Source: Schizochytrium sp. TIO01 (lineage: Eukaryota; Protista; Bigyra: Labyrinthulomycetes). From it: DNA of 64,000 nt. This document shows, in pieces, positions 1 to 15,725 of the stretch (position 1 is the stretch's first letter; each line of letters opens with the position of its first letter). Where the stretch lies: positions 7,182,029 through 7,246,028 of the forward strand of contig SMSO01000014.1 of the NCBI GenBank assembly GCA_004764695.1, read 5' to 3'. A program made the position numbers and the translations under genes. The notes under the pieces are model-generated. The model did no database searches, had not been told where the DNA came from, and saw only the letters and a list, made by a program, of their open reading frames with translations.

Positions 1-3000
1 ATGCCCAAGCTGAAACTCTTTGAGAACCATAGTTTTACCGTCTCCATCCAATACTTTCTGGGCTCTCTTGCCAACTCTGGAAGCAAGGGGCTCGCCGACA
101 GGCTTGAAGTCTGCGACTGTGACATTCGCCAACCAAAGGTCTGAACATGCTACTTCAAAAACACCCTCTGCACTTACGTGAAGCCTTTCCTGCCAGGCTC
201 TATCTTGCAGCAACTCTGGATAATGTTCCTGCGCGTGTTGCAGAGTCTCAGCTAGCTTATGACGAAAAGCTTTGCTAAGATCGATAGGGTTGCCTTGAGA
301 GAGAATGAGCTCTTGCTTTTTGATACGATTTCTAAAATATGCTTGATCTTCCTCATCTAATTCCTCTATTTCAAGTTCTTCTTTGGCTCTCTTCAAAATT
401 TCTGTGGCTTTCCTCGACTTGTCAAGTTTCTGGTATAATTCTTCAACATCTGAGACAGAATGTTCTTTCAAACCCAGTACTACATAGTCATATAGATTAG
501 AGAGCTCTTTTGGTGTGTAATTACTCGCGTCATTCAACGTAGCACTCTCAGAGTATCCTTCAAATCGAGCAAATGTTGAACTTATTGCGCAAAGTATCTT
601 GGACAAATGGGCACTAAGAGTATCTTCATGGAGGACTTCGAGCTCTTCCTTGAGAGCACTCTCAAGTTCAGATAACTCGGGTTCTAGCTCCATGGCCTGC
701 TCAGGTGTTCTCAGGGCAACCGATAATCCATCACCAAGTTCTAGCTCAGACAATCGAGAGGTAACGCGCTTTATAGCTTGTTGGCTTCGTTCGCCAATAT
801 TGTTGGGTCGGCCTTCTCCACTCCTCTCGTACCCTTCCCTGCATTGGACAGCCTGAGCAATGAGTTCTTGGCACTGTTTGAAGTCATCTGTGCTGGTCTC
901 TTCATCGACTGGAGCAAGGTTGATGTTTAAATCGTTTACCAAACTTTCAACTTTCACTTTGAATTCTCGCACTGCGCTCTCATCACTTTCGCAAAGGTTG
1001 GCACGAACCCATGGGTACACTACCTGCAGAAGTGAATGCAGGCGACATCGTTCGGCATTCCGCTTTTCGATGAGACTGGGCAAGCCATCAGCAGAGCTTG
1101 CACGAATCTGGCCTTGTAGCGCGTCAAGACTCTCTTTGGAGTTCTTGATGTCAGCGGAAACCTGTCGCAACTTCACTTGGCCAAAGTAGCCCTGAATCGC
1201 CGATCCTACGAATTCCTCAAGCAAGGCAATCCCAGTTTGCAGGGAGTTTCCTCTGACCCCGCCTCGATCCGCGCGCAAGTCTGAGACTTTCTTGGCAAGC
1301 TGCACCACATCAGCGAAACTCACACTCGCTCCATCCGGCCGTTCTCTGAGGCGAACAAGAAGACGTAAGCAAACCAGCAAAAAACGAGGTTGAAGCAGTA
1401 ATAAAGGCAGAAGCAAAAGTTAGGATTCCCTATATCTCAATAACACAATTCGAATAATTACACGATCCCAAACAAAGACTGACCGCATGAACTTACCCAG
1501 ATCCATCCAAAGTAGCAAGCCCGGCGCCATCAACGCCGTCTTGCTCGTTCTTGGGCTCTGCAGAAGGCTTGCTTTCTGCCGACTCTATGGAGGCACAGGA
1601 ATCGGTGTCTGACGAGGAATCGGCAATCTCCTCTCTAGGAGAATCCTCAGAATAGTCCGGATCCATCTCATCTTCATAAAAACAACTGCGGCGTTTTGTA
1701 AACGAATGTGAATAAACGAAAGAAGAGAATAAAAGCGTCTGTCAGAAAAACGATGAAAGCATGTAAAGACGGCCTCGCAAGTCCATGGAGACATGGAGAG
1801 AACCAGCGAAGGCAAGGCTCTGCGCAAGCTGAGAACAGCAGCAGAGGCAACGAAACTTACTAGATACTAACAGACGGACATGTTTTTCTCAGAGACTTTG
1901 CGACGGCCTTTGCGCCCTCACCGCCAATGTTGTTTTGCCAAAGACTGTGCGTATAAATGAATAAGTTTGTTTTGTTCATTCGTTGTCAGAGTAGACAGGT
2001 CCGGTCAGTTGATTCTGTTTTGTTTTCTTTTCCCTTACAATAAAAAGCAATCACCTCTTCTTCTGCTGCTGCCTATCAAATTCTATAGATTTTCTTTTGC
2101 CCTTCCTTCTTCTCTTTGTAAAAAAGAAAAGACTTTTTTGCCTTTCTTTGCGTACCCAACTACGTAAACTACTTAGGTAGTGTACCAGCAGTACTACAAA
2201 CACCAAGCACTCAAAAGAAAGAAAGAAAAAGCTTGGTCCTGACTATTACGATAGCTTTCCCTCGTGGATGATTCCACAACGTACTTAAAAGTTTGAAGGT
2301 TCTTGCATCCCTCGAGTGCCTTTGCGACGGCCTTTGCGCCCTCATCGCCAATGTTGTTTTGAAAAAGACTGTGAGTATAAATGAATAAGTTTGTTTTGTT
2401 CATTCGTTGTCAGGAAAGACAGGTCCAGTCAGTTGATCCTGTTTTGTTATGTTTTTCCTCACAATAAAAAGTAATCACCTCTTCTTCTTCTGCTGCTGCT
2501 GCCTATCAAATTATATAGATTTCCTTTTGTCCTTGCTTCTTCTCTTTCTAAAAAATAAACGAGTTCTTTGCCTTTCTAAAGTACCCAACTACGTTAACCA
2601 CGTAGGTAGTGTACCAGCAGCTCTTTCGTTTTGCTTTCTTTCCCCTACTACAAACACCAACCACTAAAAAGAAAGAAAGAAAAGAGTTCGTCCTGCCTAT
2701 TACGATAGCTTTCCCTCGTGGATGATTCCACAACGTACTGTAATTTTTGAAGGTTCTTGCATCCCTCGAGTGCCTTTGCGACGGCCTTTGCGCCCTCATC
2801 GCCAATGTTGTTGTTGTAAAGACTGTGAGTATAAATGAATAAGTTTGTACAGGTCCAGTCAGTTGATCCTGTTTTGTTATGTTTTTCCTCACAATAAAAA
2901 GCAATCACCTCTTCTTCTTCTGCTGCTGCTGCTGCTGCTGCTGCGTATCAAATTATATAGATTTCCTTCTTCTCTTTGTAAGAAAGAAAAGACTTCTTTG

Positions 3001-6000
3001 CCTTTCTTTGCGTACCCAACTACGTAAACTACTTAGGTAGTGTACCAGCAGTACTACAAACACCAAGCACTCAAAAGAAAGAAAGAAAAAGCTTGGTCCT
3101 GACTATTACGATAGCTTTCCCTCGTGGATGATTCCACAAACGTACGACAATTCTTGAAGGTTCTTGCATCCCTCGAGTGCCTTTGCGACGGCCTTTGCGC
3201 CCTCATCGCCAATGTTGTTGTCAGAAAGACTGTGAGTATAAATGAATAAGTTTGTTTTGTTCATTCGTTGTCAGGAAAGACAGGTCCAGTCAGTTGATCC
3301 TGTTTTGTTTTGTTTTTCCTCACAATAAAAAGCAATCACCTCTTCTTCTTCTGCTGCTGCTGCCTATCAAATTATATAGATTTCCTTCTTCTCTTTGTAA
3401 AAAAGAAAAGAGTTCTTTGCCTTTCTTAACTACGTAGGTAGTGTACCAGCAGCTCTTTCGTTTTGCTTTCTTTCCCCTACTACAAACACCAACCACTAAA
3501 AAGCAAGAAAGAAAAGAGTTCGTCCTGCCTATTACGATAGCTTTCCCTCGTGGATGATTCCACAAACGTACTCTAATTTTTGAAGGTTCTTGCATCCCTC
3601 GAGTGCCTTTGCGACGGCCTTTGCGCCCTCATCGCCAATGTTGTTTTTCCAAAGACTGTGAGTATAAATGAATAAGTTTGTTTTGTTCATTCGTTGTCAG
3701 GAAAGACAGCTCCAGTCAGTTGATCCTGTTTTGTTTTCTTTTTCCTCACAATAAAAAGCAATCACCTCTTCTTCTGCTGCTGCCTATCAAATTATATAGA
3801 TTTCCTTCTTCTCTTTGTAAAAAAGAAAAGACTTCTTTGCCTTTCTTTGCGTACCCAACTACGTAAACTACTTAGGTAGTGTACCAGCAGTACTACAAAC
3901 ACCAAGCACTAAAAACAAACAAAGAAAAAGCTTGGTACTGACTATTACGATAGCTTTCCCTCGTGGATGATTCCACAACGTACTTAAAAGTTTGAAGGTT
4001 CTTGCATCCCTCGAGTGCCTTTGCGACGGCCTTTGCGCCCTCCGAGCCAATGTTGTTGGCAGAAAGACTGTGAGTATAAATGAATAAGTTTGTTTTGTTC
4101 ATTCGTTGTCAGGAAAGACAGGTCCAGTCAGTTGATCCTGTTTTGTTTTGATTTTCCTCACAATAAAAAGCAATCAGCTCTTCTTCTTCTGCTGCTGCTG
4201 CTGCTGCGTATCAAATTATATAGATTTCCTTTTGCCCTTCCTTCTTCTCTTTGTAAAAAAGAAAAGACTTCTTTGCCTTTCTTTGCGTACCCAACTACGT
4301 AAACTACGTAGGTAGTGTACCAGCAGCTCTTTCGTTTTGCTTTCTTTCCCCTACTACAAACACCAACCACTAAAAAGAAAGAAAGAAAAGAGTTCGTCCT
4401 GCCTATTACGATAGCTTTCCCTCGTGGATGATTCCACAAACGTACTCTAATTTTTGAAGGTTCTTGCATCCCTCGAGTGCCTTTGCGACGGCCTTTGCGC
4501 CCTCATCGCCAATGTTGTTGCTACGAAGACTGTGAGTATAAATGAATAAGTTTGTTTTGTTCATTCGTTGTCAGGAAAGACAGCTCCAGTCAGTTGATCC
4601 TGTTTTGTTTTGATTTTCTTCACAATAAAAAGCAATCACCTCTTCTTCTGCTGGTGCCTATCAAATTATATAGATTTCCTTCTTCTCTTTGTAAAAAAGA
4701 AAAGACTTCTTTGCCTTTCTTTGCGTACCCGACTACGTAAACTACGTAGGTAGTGTACCAGCAGTGCTTTCGTTTTGCTTTCTTTCCCCTACTACAAACA
4801 CCAACCACTAAAAAGAAAGAAAGAAAAGAGTTCGTCCTGCCTATTACGATAGCTTTCCCTCGTAGATGATTCCACAAACGTACTGTAATTTTTGAAGGTT
4901 CTTGCATCCCTCGAGTGCCTTTGCGACGGCCTTTGCGCCCTCATCGCCAATGTTGTTTTGCCAAAGACTGTGAGTATAAATGAATAAGTTTGTTTTGTTC
5001 ATTCGTTGTCAGGAAAGACAGGTCCAGTCAGTTAATCCTGTTTTGTTTTCTTTTTCATCACAATAAATAGCAATCACCTCTTCTTCTGCTGCTGATGCTG
5101 CCTATCAAATTATATAGATTTCCTTCTTCTCTTTCTAAAAAAAAAAGACTTCTTTGCCTTTCTTTGCGTACCCGACTACGTAAACTACTTAGGTAGTGTA
5201 CCAGCAGTACTACAAACACCAAGCACTAAAAAGAAAGAAAGAAAAAGCTTGGTCCTGACTATTACGATAGCTTTCCCTCGTGGATGATTCTACAAACGTA
5301 CTACAAATGTTGAAGGTTCTTGTATCCCTCGAGTACCTTTGCGACGGCCTTTGCGCCCTCATCGCCAATGTTGTTCATGTAAAGACTGTGAGTAGTGTAA
5401 TGAATAAGTTTGGTTTTTCATTCGTTGTCAGGAAAGGCAGGTCCAGTCAGTTGATCCTGTTTTGTTTTGTTTTTCCTCACAATAAAATAGCAATCACCTC
5501 TTCTTCTTCTGCTGCTGCTGCTGCCTATCAAATTATATAGATTTCCTTCTTCTCTTTGTAAAAAAGAAAAGACTTCTTTGCCTTTCTTTGCGTACCCAAT
5601 TACGTAAACTACTTAGGTAGTGTACCAGCAGTACTACAAACACGAAGCACTAAAAAGAAAGAAAGAAAAAGCTTGGTCCTGCCTATTACGATAGCTTTCC
5701 CTCGTGGATGATTCCACACACGTACTACAATTCTTGAAGGTTCTTGCATCCCTCGAGTGCCTTTGCGACGGCCTTTGCGCCCTCATCGCCAATGTTGTTC
5801 ACTACAAGACTGTGAGTATAAATGAATAAGTTTGTTTTGTTCATTCGTTGTCAGGAAAGATAGGTCCAGTCAGTTAATCTTGTTTTGTTTTCTTTTTCCT
5901 CACAATAAAATAGCAATCACCTCTTCTTCTGCTGCTGATGCTGCCTATCAAATTATATAGATTTCCTTCTTCTCTTTGTAAAAAAGAAAAGACTTCTTTG

Positions 6001-6759
6001 CCTTTCTTTGCGTACCCAACTACGTAAACTACTTAGGTAGTGTACCAGCAGTACTACAAACACCAAGCACTCAAAAGAAAGAAAGAAAAAGCTTGGTCCT
6101 GTCTATTACGATAGCTTTCCCTCGTGGATGATTCCACAAACGTACTACAATTCTTGAAGGTTCTTGCATCCCTCGAGTGCCTTTGCGACGGCCTTTGCGC
6201 CCTCATCGCCAAGCCTGTTCCCAGAAAGACTGTGAGTATAAATGAATAAGTTTGTTTTGTTCATTCGTTGTCAGGAAAGACAGGTCCAGTCAGTTAATCC
6301 TGTTTTGTTTTCTTTTTCCTCACAATAAAATAGCAATCACCTCTTCTTCTGCTGCTGATGCTGCCTATCAAATTATATAGATTTCCTTCTTCTCTTTGTA
6401 AAAAAGAAAAGACTTCTTTGCCTTTCTTTGCGTACCCAACTACGTAAACTACTTAGGTAGTGTACCAGCAGTACTACAAGCACCAAGCACTAAAAAGAAA
6501 GAAAGAAAAAGCTTGGTCCTGACTATTACGATAGCTTTCCCTCGTGAATGATTCCACAAACGTACTCTAAAGTTTGAAGGTTCTTGCACCCCTCGAGTGC
6601 CTTTGCGACGGCCTTTGCGCCCTTCGAGCCAATGTCGTTCCCAGAAAGACTGTGAGTATAAATGAATAAGTTTGTTTTGTTCATTCGTTGTCAGGAAAGA
6701 CAGGTCCAGTCAGTTGATCCTGTTTTGTTTTGTTTTTCCTCACAATAAAAAGCAATCAG

Positions 6760-6814
<55 letters not shown>

Positions 6815-9800
6815 TATCAAATTATATAGAGATTTCCTTTTGCCCTTCCTTCTTCTCTTTGTAAAAAAGAAAAGACTTCTTTGTCTTTCTTTGTGTACCC
6901 AACTACACCAGCAGTACTACAAACACCAAGCACTAAAAAGAAAGAAAGAAAAAGCTTGGTCCTGACTATTTCGATAGCTTTCCCTCGTGGATGATTCCAC
7001 AACGTACTTTAATTTTTGAAGGTTCTTGCATCCCTCGAGTGCCTTTGCGACGGCCTTTGCGCCCTCATCGCCAAAGTTGTTGTTCTCAAGACTGTGAGTA
7101 TAAATGAATAAGTTTGTTTTGTTCATTCGTTGTCAGAAAAGACAGCTCCAGTCAGTTGATCCTGTTTTGTTTTGATTTCTTCACAATAAAAAGCAATCAC
7201 CTCTTCTTCTTCTGCTGCTGCTGCCTATCAAATTATATAAATTTCCTTTTGCCCTTCCTTCTTCTCTTTCTAAAAAAGAAAAGAGTTCTTTGCCTTTCTT
7301 AACTACGTAGGTAGTGTACCAGCAGCTCTTTCGTTTTGCTTTCTTTCCCCTACTACAAACACCAACCACTAAAAAGAAAGAAAGAAAAGAGTTCGTCCTG
7401 CCTATTCCGATAGCTTTCCATCGTGGATGATTCCACAAACGTACTACAATTCTCGAAGATTCTTGCATCCCTCGAGTGCCTTTGCGACTGCCTTTGCACC
7501 CTCATCGCCAATGGTGTTCCACACGGAAGAATACCCCCTAAGACTGTGAGTATAAATGAATAAGTTTGTGATGTTCATTCGTTGTCACGAAAGACAGCTC
7601 CAGTCAGTTGATCCTGTTTTGTTTTCTTTTTCTTCACAATAAAAAGCATTCACCTCTTTTTCTGCTGGTGCCTATCAAACTATATTGATTTCCTTGTCCC
7701 CTTCCTTCTTCTCTTTCTATACAAGAAAAGCGTTCTTTGCCTTTCTAAATACCCAACTACGTAGACTACGTAGGTCGTGTACCAGCAGTGCTTTCGTTTT
7801 GATTCCTTTCCTCTACTACAAACACGAACCACTAAAAAGCAAGAAAGAAAAAGGTCGGTCCTGCCTATTCCGATAGCTTTCCATCGTGGATGATTCCTTA
7901 AACGTACTTCAGATAAGTAAGGTTCTTGCATCCCTCGAGTGCCTTTGCGACGGCCTTTGCGCCCTCATTGCCAATGTTGTTGCTTCCAAGACTGTGCATA
8001 TAAATAAAAATGTTTTTTTTTTTTTTTTTTTTTCATTCGTAAGGAAAGACAGGTCCAGTCAGTTGATCCTGTTTTGTTTTCTTTCTCCCCACAATAAAAA
8101 GCAATCACCTCTTCTTCTGCTGGTGCCTATCAAATTATATAGATTTCCTTTTGCCCTTCCTTCTTCTCTTTGTAAAAAATAAACGAGTTCTTTGCCTTTC
8201 TAAATACCCAACTACGTAGACTACGTAGGTCGTGTACCAGCAGTGCTTTCGTTTTGATTCCTTTCCTCTACTACAAACACGAACCACTAAAAAGCAAGAA
8301 AGAAAAAGGTCGGTCCTGCCTATTACGATAGCTTTCCCTCGTGGATGGTTCTACAAACGTACTCTAGATAAGTCAGGTTCTTGCATCCCTCGAGTGCCTT
8401 TGCGACGGCCTTTGCGCCCTCCCAGCCAAAGTTGTTCTCAGAAAGACTGTGAGTGGGTATAAATGAATAAGTTTGTTTTTTCATTTGTCGTTAGGAAAGA
8501 CAGCTCCAGTCAGTTGATCCTGTTTTGTTTTGTTTTTCTTCACAATAAAAAGCAATCACCTCTTCTTCTGCTGGTGCCTATCAAATTATATAGATTTCCT
8601 TTTGCCCTTCCTTCTTCTCTTTGTAAAAAGGAAAGACTTCTTTGCCTTTCTAAAGTACCCAACTACGTAAACTACGTAGGTAGTGTAGCAGCACTGCTTT
8701 CGTTTTGATTCGTTTCCCCTACTACAAACACGAACCACTAAAAAGCAAGAAAGAAAAAGGTCGGTCCTGCCTATTACGATAGCTTTCCCTCGTGGATGAT
8801 TCCACAAACGTACGACAAAAATTGAAGGTTGTTGCATCCCTCGAGTGCCTTTGCGACGGCCTTTGCGCCCTCATCGCCAATGTTGTTGATACAAAGACTG
8901 TGAGTGTAAATTGATAAGTTTGTATTTTCATTCGTTGTCAGGAAAGACAGCTCCAGTCAGTTGATCCTGTTTTGTTTTATTTTTCCTCACAATAAAAAGC
9001 AATCAGCTCTTCTTCTTCTGCTGGTGCCTATCAAATTATATAGATTTCCTTTTGCCCTGCCCTTCCTTCTTCTCTTTGTTTAAAAAAAGGAAAAAAAAGA
9101 GTTCTTTGCCGTTCTTAAGTATCCAACTACGTAAACTACGTAAGTAGTGTACCAGCAGTGCTTTCGTTTTGATTTCTTTCCCCTACTACAAACACCGCTA
9201 AAAAGAAAGACAGAAAAAGGTTGATCCTGCCTATTACGATAGATTACCCTCGTGGATGATTCCACAAACGTACTTCAGATAAGTCAGGTTCTTGCATCTC
9301 GCGAGTGCCTTTGCGACGGCCTTTGCGCCCTCATCGCCAAGGATGTTGCTATCAAGACTGCGAGTATAAATGAATAAGTTTGTTTTGTTCATTCGTTGTC
9401 AGGAAAGACAGCCCCAGTCAGTTGATCCTGTTTTGTTTTCTTTTTCCTCACAATAAAAAGCAATCAGCTCTTCTTCTTCTGCTGCTGCTGCCTATCAAAT
9501 TATACAGATTTCCTTTTGCGCGCGCTTCCTTGTTTTCTTTCTAAAAAGGAAAATAATTCTTTGCGTTTATAAAGTACCCAACTACGTAAACTACGTAGGT
9601 AGTGTACCAGCACTGCTTCCGGATCCCTACTAAAACACAAAACCCTCAAAGCAAAGAAAGAAAGAAAAAGGTTGGTCCTGCCTATTATGATAGCTTTCCC
9701 TAGTGGATGATTCCACAAACGTACTGTAAAGTTTGAAGGTTGTTGCATCCCTCGAGTGCCTTTGCGACGGCCTTTGCGCCCTCACTACCAAAGAATTTAC

Positions 9801-10046
9801 AACTGAGACTGTTTTTGCTTGTTTGCATGTTTGTTGGTTAAGTAAGAGTAAGTATATGTCATTTCCAACTTCTTCATTGGTGCCACTACTAGAACAAAAC
9901 TATTCTTCTTCTACAATGCTGACTACTACAACACATCGATGACGCGATGCCTCCTTCTTCTGTCTCCTCCCTCCTGCATCGTGTACTTACAATATCTCCG
10001 TTGTATCTTCTGTGATGTCCTCGATTTTGAATGCCGTATTCATCAT
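1..10046 (-). CDS. Gene A copy 1: multi-exon LRR(19)-acidic linker-helical-protein kinase gene, 3' end beyond window start
   Basis: Exons in transcription order: 10046-9991 (MMNTAFKIEDITEDTTEI, donor gtaagt); LRR exons 9808-9725, 9357-9274, 8897-8814, 8446-8363, 7991-7908, 7543-7445 (99 nt), 7091-7008, 6649-6566, 6229-6146, 5809-5726, 5385-5302, 4967-4884, 4529-4446, 4067-3984, 3655-3572, 3229-3146, 2822-2739, 2368-2285, 1944-1861 (capping repeat); acidic linker 1685-1497; large exon 1345-<1 (ERPDGASVSFADVVQ...TMVLKEFQLGH), in the same frame as the 925-aa ORF of copy 2. All introns are GT..AG and phase 2; no stops seen in the small exons. Confidence 0.88.
1861..9808 (-). repeat. Array A1: 19 tandem ~410-460 bp units, each one LRR exon ([28 protein letters not shown]) plus a near-identical intron with a (CTT)n(CTG)n tract
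   Basis: Recurring + strand blocks ttccacaaacgtac|..., ...aagactgtgagtataaatgaataag and cttgcatccctcgagtgcctttgcgacggcctttgcgccctc. Confidence 0.97.
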
Positions 10047-11295
10047 GTTGCAGCAGTGAGTGTCACCTTTGATGGATAGAGCAAAGGAATTGATCACTCG
10101 CGTTGATTGTCTTTGCTTTGTCTTCGTCTTCGTGTTGCTTTGGTACTCGAAAGAGAGAGAGAGAGAGAGAGTAGTTTGAGTCTTCGCTCGCGCTGCTGAT
10201 CAGGAACGAAGACTTCTGCTCTCTTCTTCTTTTTCTTCTCCTTCTTCTGAGCAGCAAGGAAGGAGGAACGGATGGACTCTCTCTCGATGCCTCGCAAGTG
10301 CCTCTGCAGACCACGAGCAACGAACGCGTGGACGGGTGTGGCGCGTGAGAGGTCGCGGGGGCGTGGATATCGTGCGTGCGCGCTGCCTCGTGTTGCGGGT
10401 TTGCGAGGGTGGCTGGCTTTGGCGAGAGTAGTAGGTTACTGGGTATGATAGTTGGTTGTATATGTAGGTTAAGCGCTGCTAATGTTCTCGAAGATCCGTT
10501 GAGTCAATTTTTTCCTGAGAGCGCAAGGTGTAAAAATGGATTCTGCTCTTGAAGAAAGACGAGGAGGCGTTGTGCTTCTACCAAGTCACACACAATGCAG
10601 AACGTGGTAGGAAGGTCCCTATCCATTTGTGATCGTGTATGGGTGCTATTGTTTTGGTTTGATAATATATAGCATTGGGTAGGGTTTTGTTGAGCAAAAG
10701 GAGGTCGAGTTTCGATTGTCATGGCGTTTTGTGTAACGAGTAGTAGGCAAGAAGAGGTCCTTGTATCGGGGTCAATTTGACAGAAGAGCCAAAAACTTGT
10801 AGTCTTTTCGTTGTTTTTGGTGAGGTCTTGAAGCGACGAAAACTCGTAACTGTGTCATACAAGAAATAAATTGCTTGTCGGGAGTAGGTTTTTGTCTATC
10901 AGATAGTAATAGGTTTGTGATGCGATCTATGATAGATTATTTTGAGATCGGGAAAGCTTGGGAGAGAATGGAGATCAAGTCGACAATTTTCGGATTTCAA
11001 AGATGTGTTGAGTTGCTTCACGGCTTCAACATGAAGAAAGCGGAGAGGCGCTTTCAAGGATCGGAGCTACTGGCGGCTGCGACCAAAGGTGTTCCAGAAA
11101 GAAGGGAAGGAAAGTTTCAAACAGAGGAGAATCTTTGACCGAGAGTAGATGCCTGATTGCCTTTCTTGTATTGCTTTTAACCCTCTTCGGGCAGGTTTTA
11201 TTTCATAAAATTAATCTTTGATGTGTATTGTATTGTGATATCAACCGTGGAGTTGCTTTCTTTTTGTGCTAGGGTAAAAAATAAAAGGAGAAAAA

Positions 11296-11414
11296 AACAT
11301 TCAACACCGGGGCTTCGCATGCAGTCCCCTATCATACTACTGACCCGGCCCTACGCGACTTTACTTCTCAGTGCGAATGAGATGAGGTGTTACCCGCGTG
11401 GTATGATCGAATGT
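11296..11414 (-). rRNA. 5S rRNA: 5S rRNA
   Basis: Reverse complement ACATTCGATCATACC...AGTAGTATGATAGGGGACTGCATGCGAAGCCCCGGTGTTGAATGTT; 119 nt, paired termini, followed by a T-run Pol III terminator. Confidence 0.93.
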
Positions 11415-11436
11415 GATTAGGAGGTGGTGCATGATG

Positions 11437-11447
11437 CATTTATACTC
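11437..11447 (-). promoter_or_regulatory. TATA-like element upstream of 5S (GAGTATAAATG at -23 to -33)
   Basis: The same 11-mer lies at the same distance upstream of the 5S at 33277-33395 (33418-33428), whose flanks are otherwise unrelated. Confidence 0.55.
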
Positions 11448-11863
11448 ACTTACTTACTTTTTTGATGACTTAGGTGCAAGATAGATAGTATTAGGAGAGA
11501 GTGGTAGTGGAACCTCTACAGGAAGCATCCCTGCAAAAGATATTCTAGGAGTAGGCTTTAGGAAATAGGAATAGTCTTGAAAGAGCGAGAAAGAAAGGAG
11601 GTCAGCACATGCAGAACCCGAGGCTGAGTAGGCAAGGTTAGGTTCGTAATAGTAAAATATCCTTTCACTTCGGGAGCACTAAAAAGCATCTCCTTCTTAG
11701 AGGAAACCATAGTAACTCAGTAAGTGCACAACTCTGTCATCGACTTGCAGCTACGTCCAGCAGGTTCGAAACCTTCTGCAACGACTGGGACTGTGCCACG
11801 AGCTTAGCTGAAAAGGCACACGCACACGCTCACTGGTTAAGGTATAGATCGTTACTTGCTGCG

Positions 11864-15725
<3,862 letters not shown>

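Noticed and set aside
1861-9808. CRISPR-like or diversity-generating-retroelement reading of the constant/variable arrays
   Set aside because: Units are ~420 bp with only a few variable codons, the context is eukaryotic, no cas or reverse transcriptase gene is in the window, and changes are not adenine-restricted. Exon/intron structure explains the pattern.
1967-9942. Recurring short ORFs such as MFCSFVVRKD... and MQEPSKI... (also 38361-40672)
   Set aside because: Antisense or off-frame translations of repeated introns, with variable frameshifts and poly-Leu/Cys from CTG tracts.
10875-11138. 87-aa ORF between gene A and 5S
   Set aside because: Frameshifted in unit 2 (41882-42192), no recognisable motif, non-ATG start.
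11223-11420. Conserved peptide HSTPGLRMQSPIILLTRPY in three ORFs
   Set aside because: It is the antisense translation of the 5S rRNA gene.
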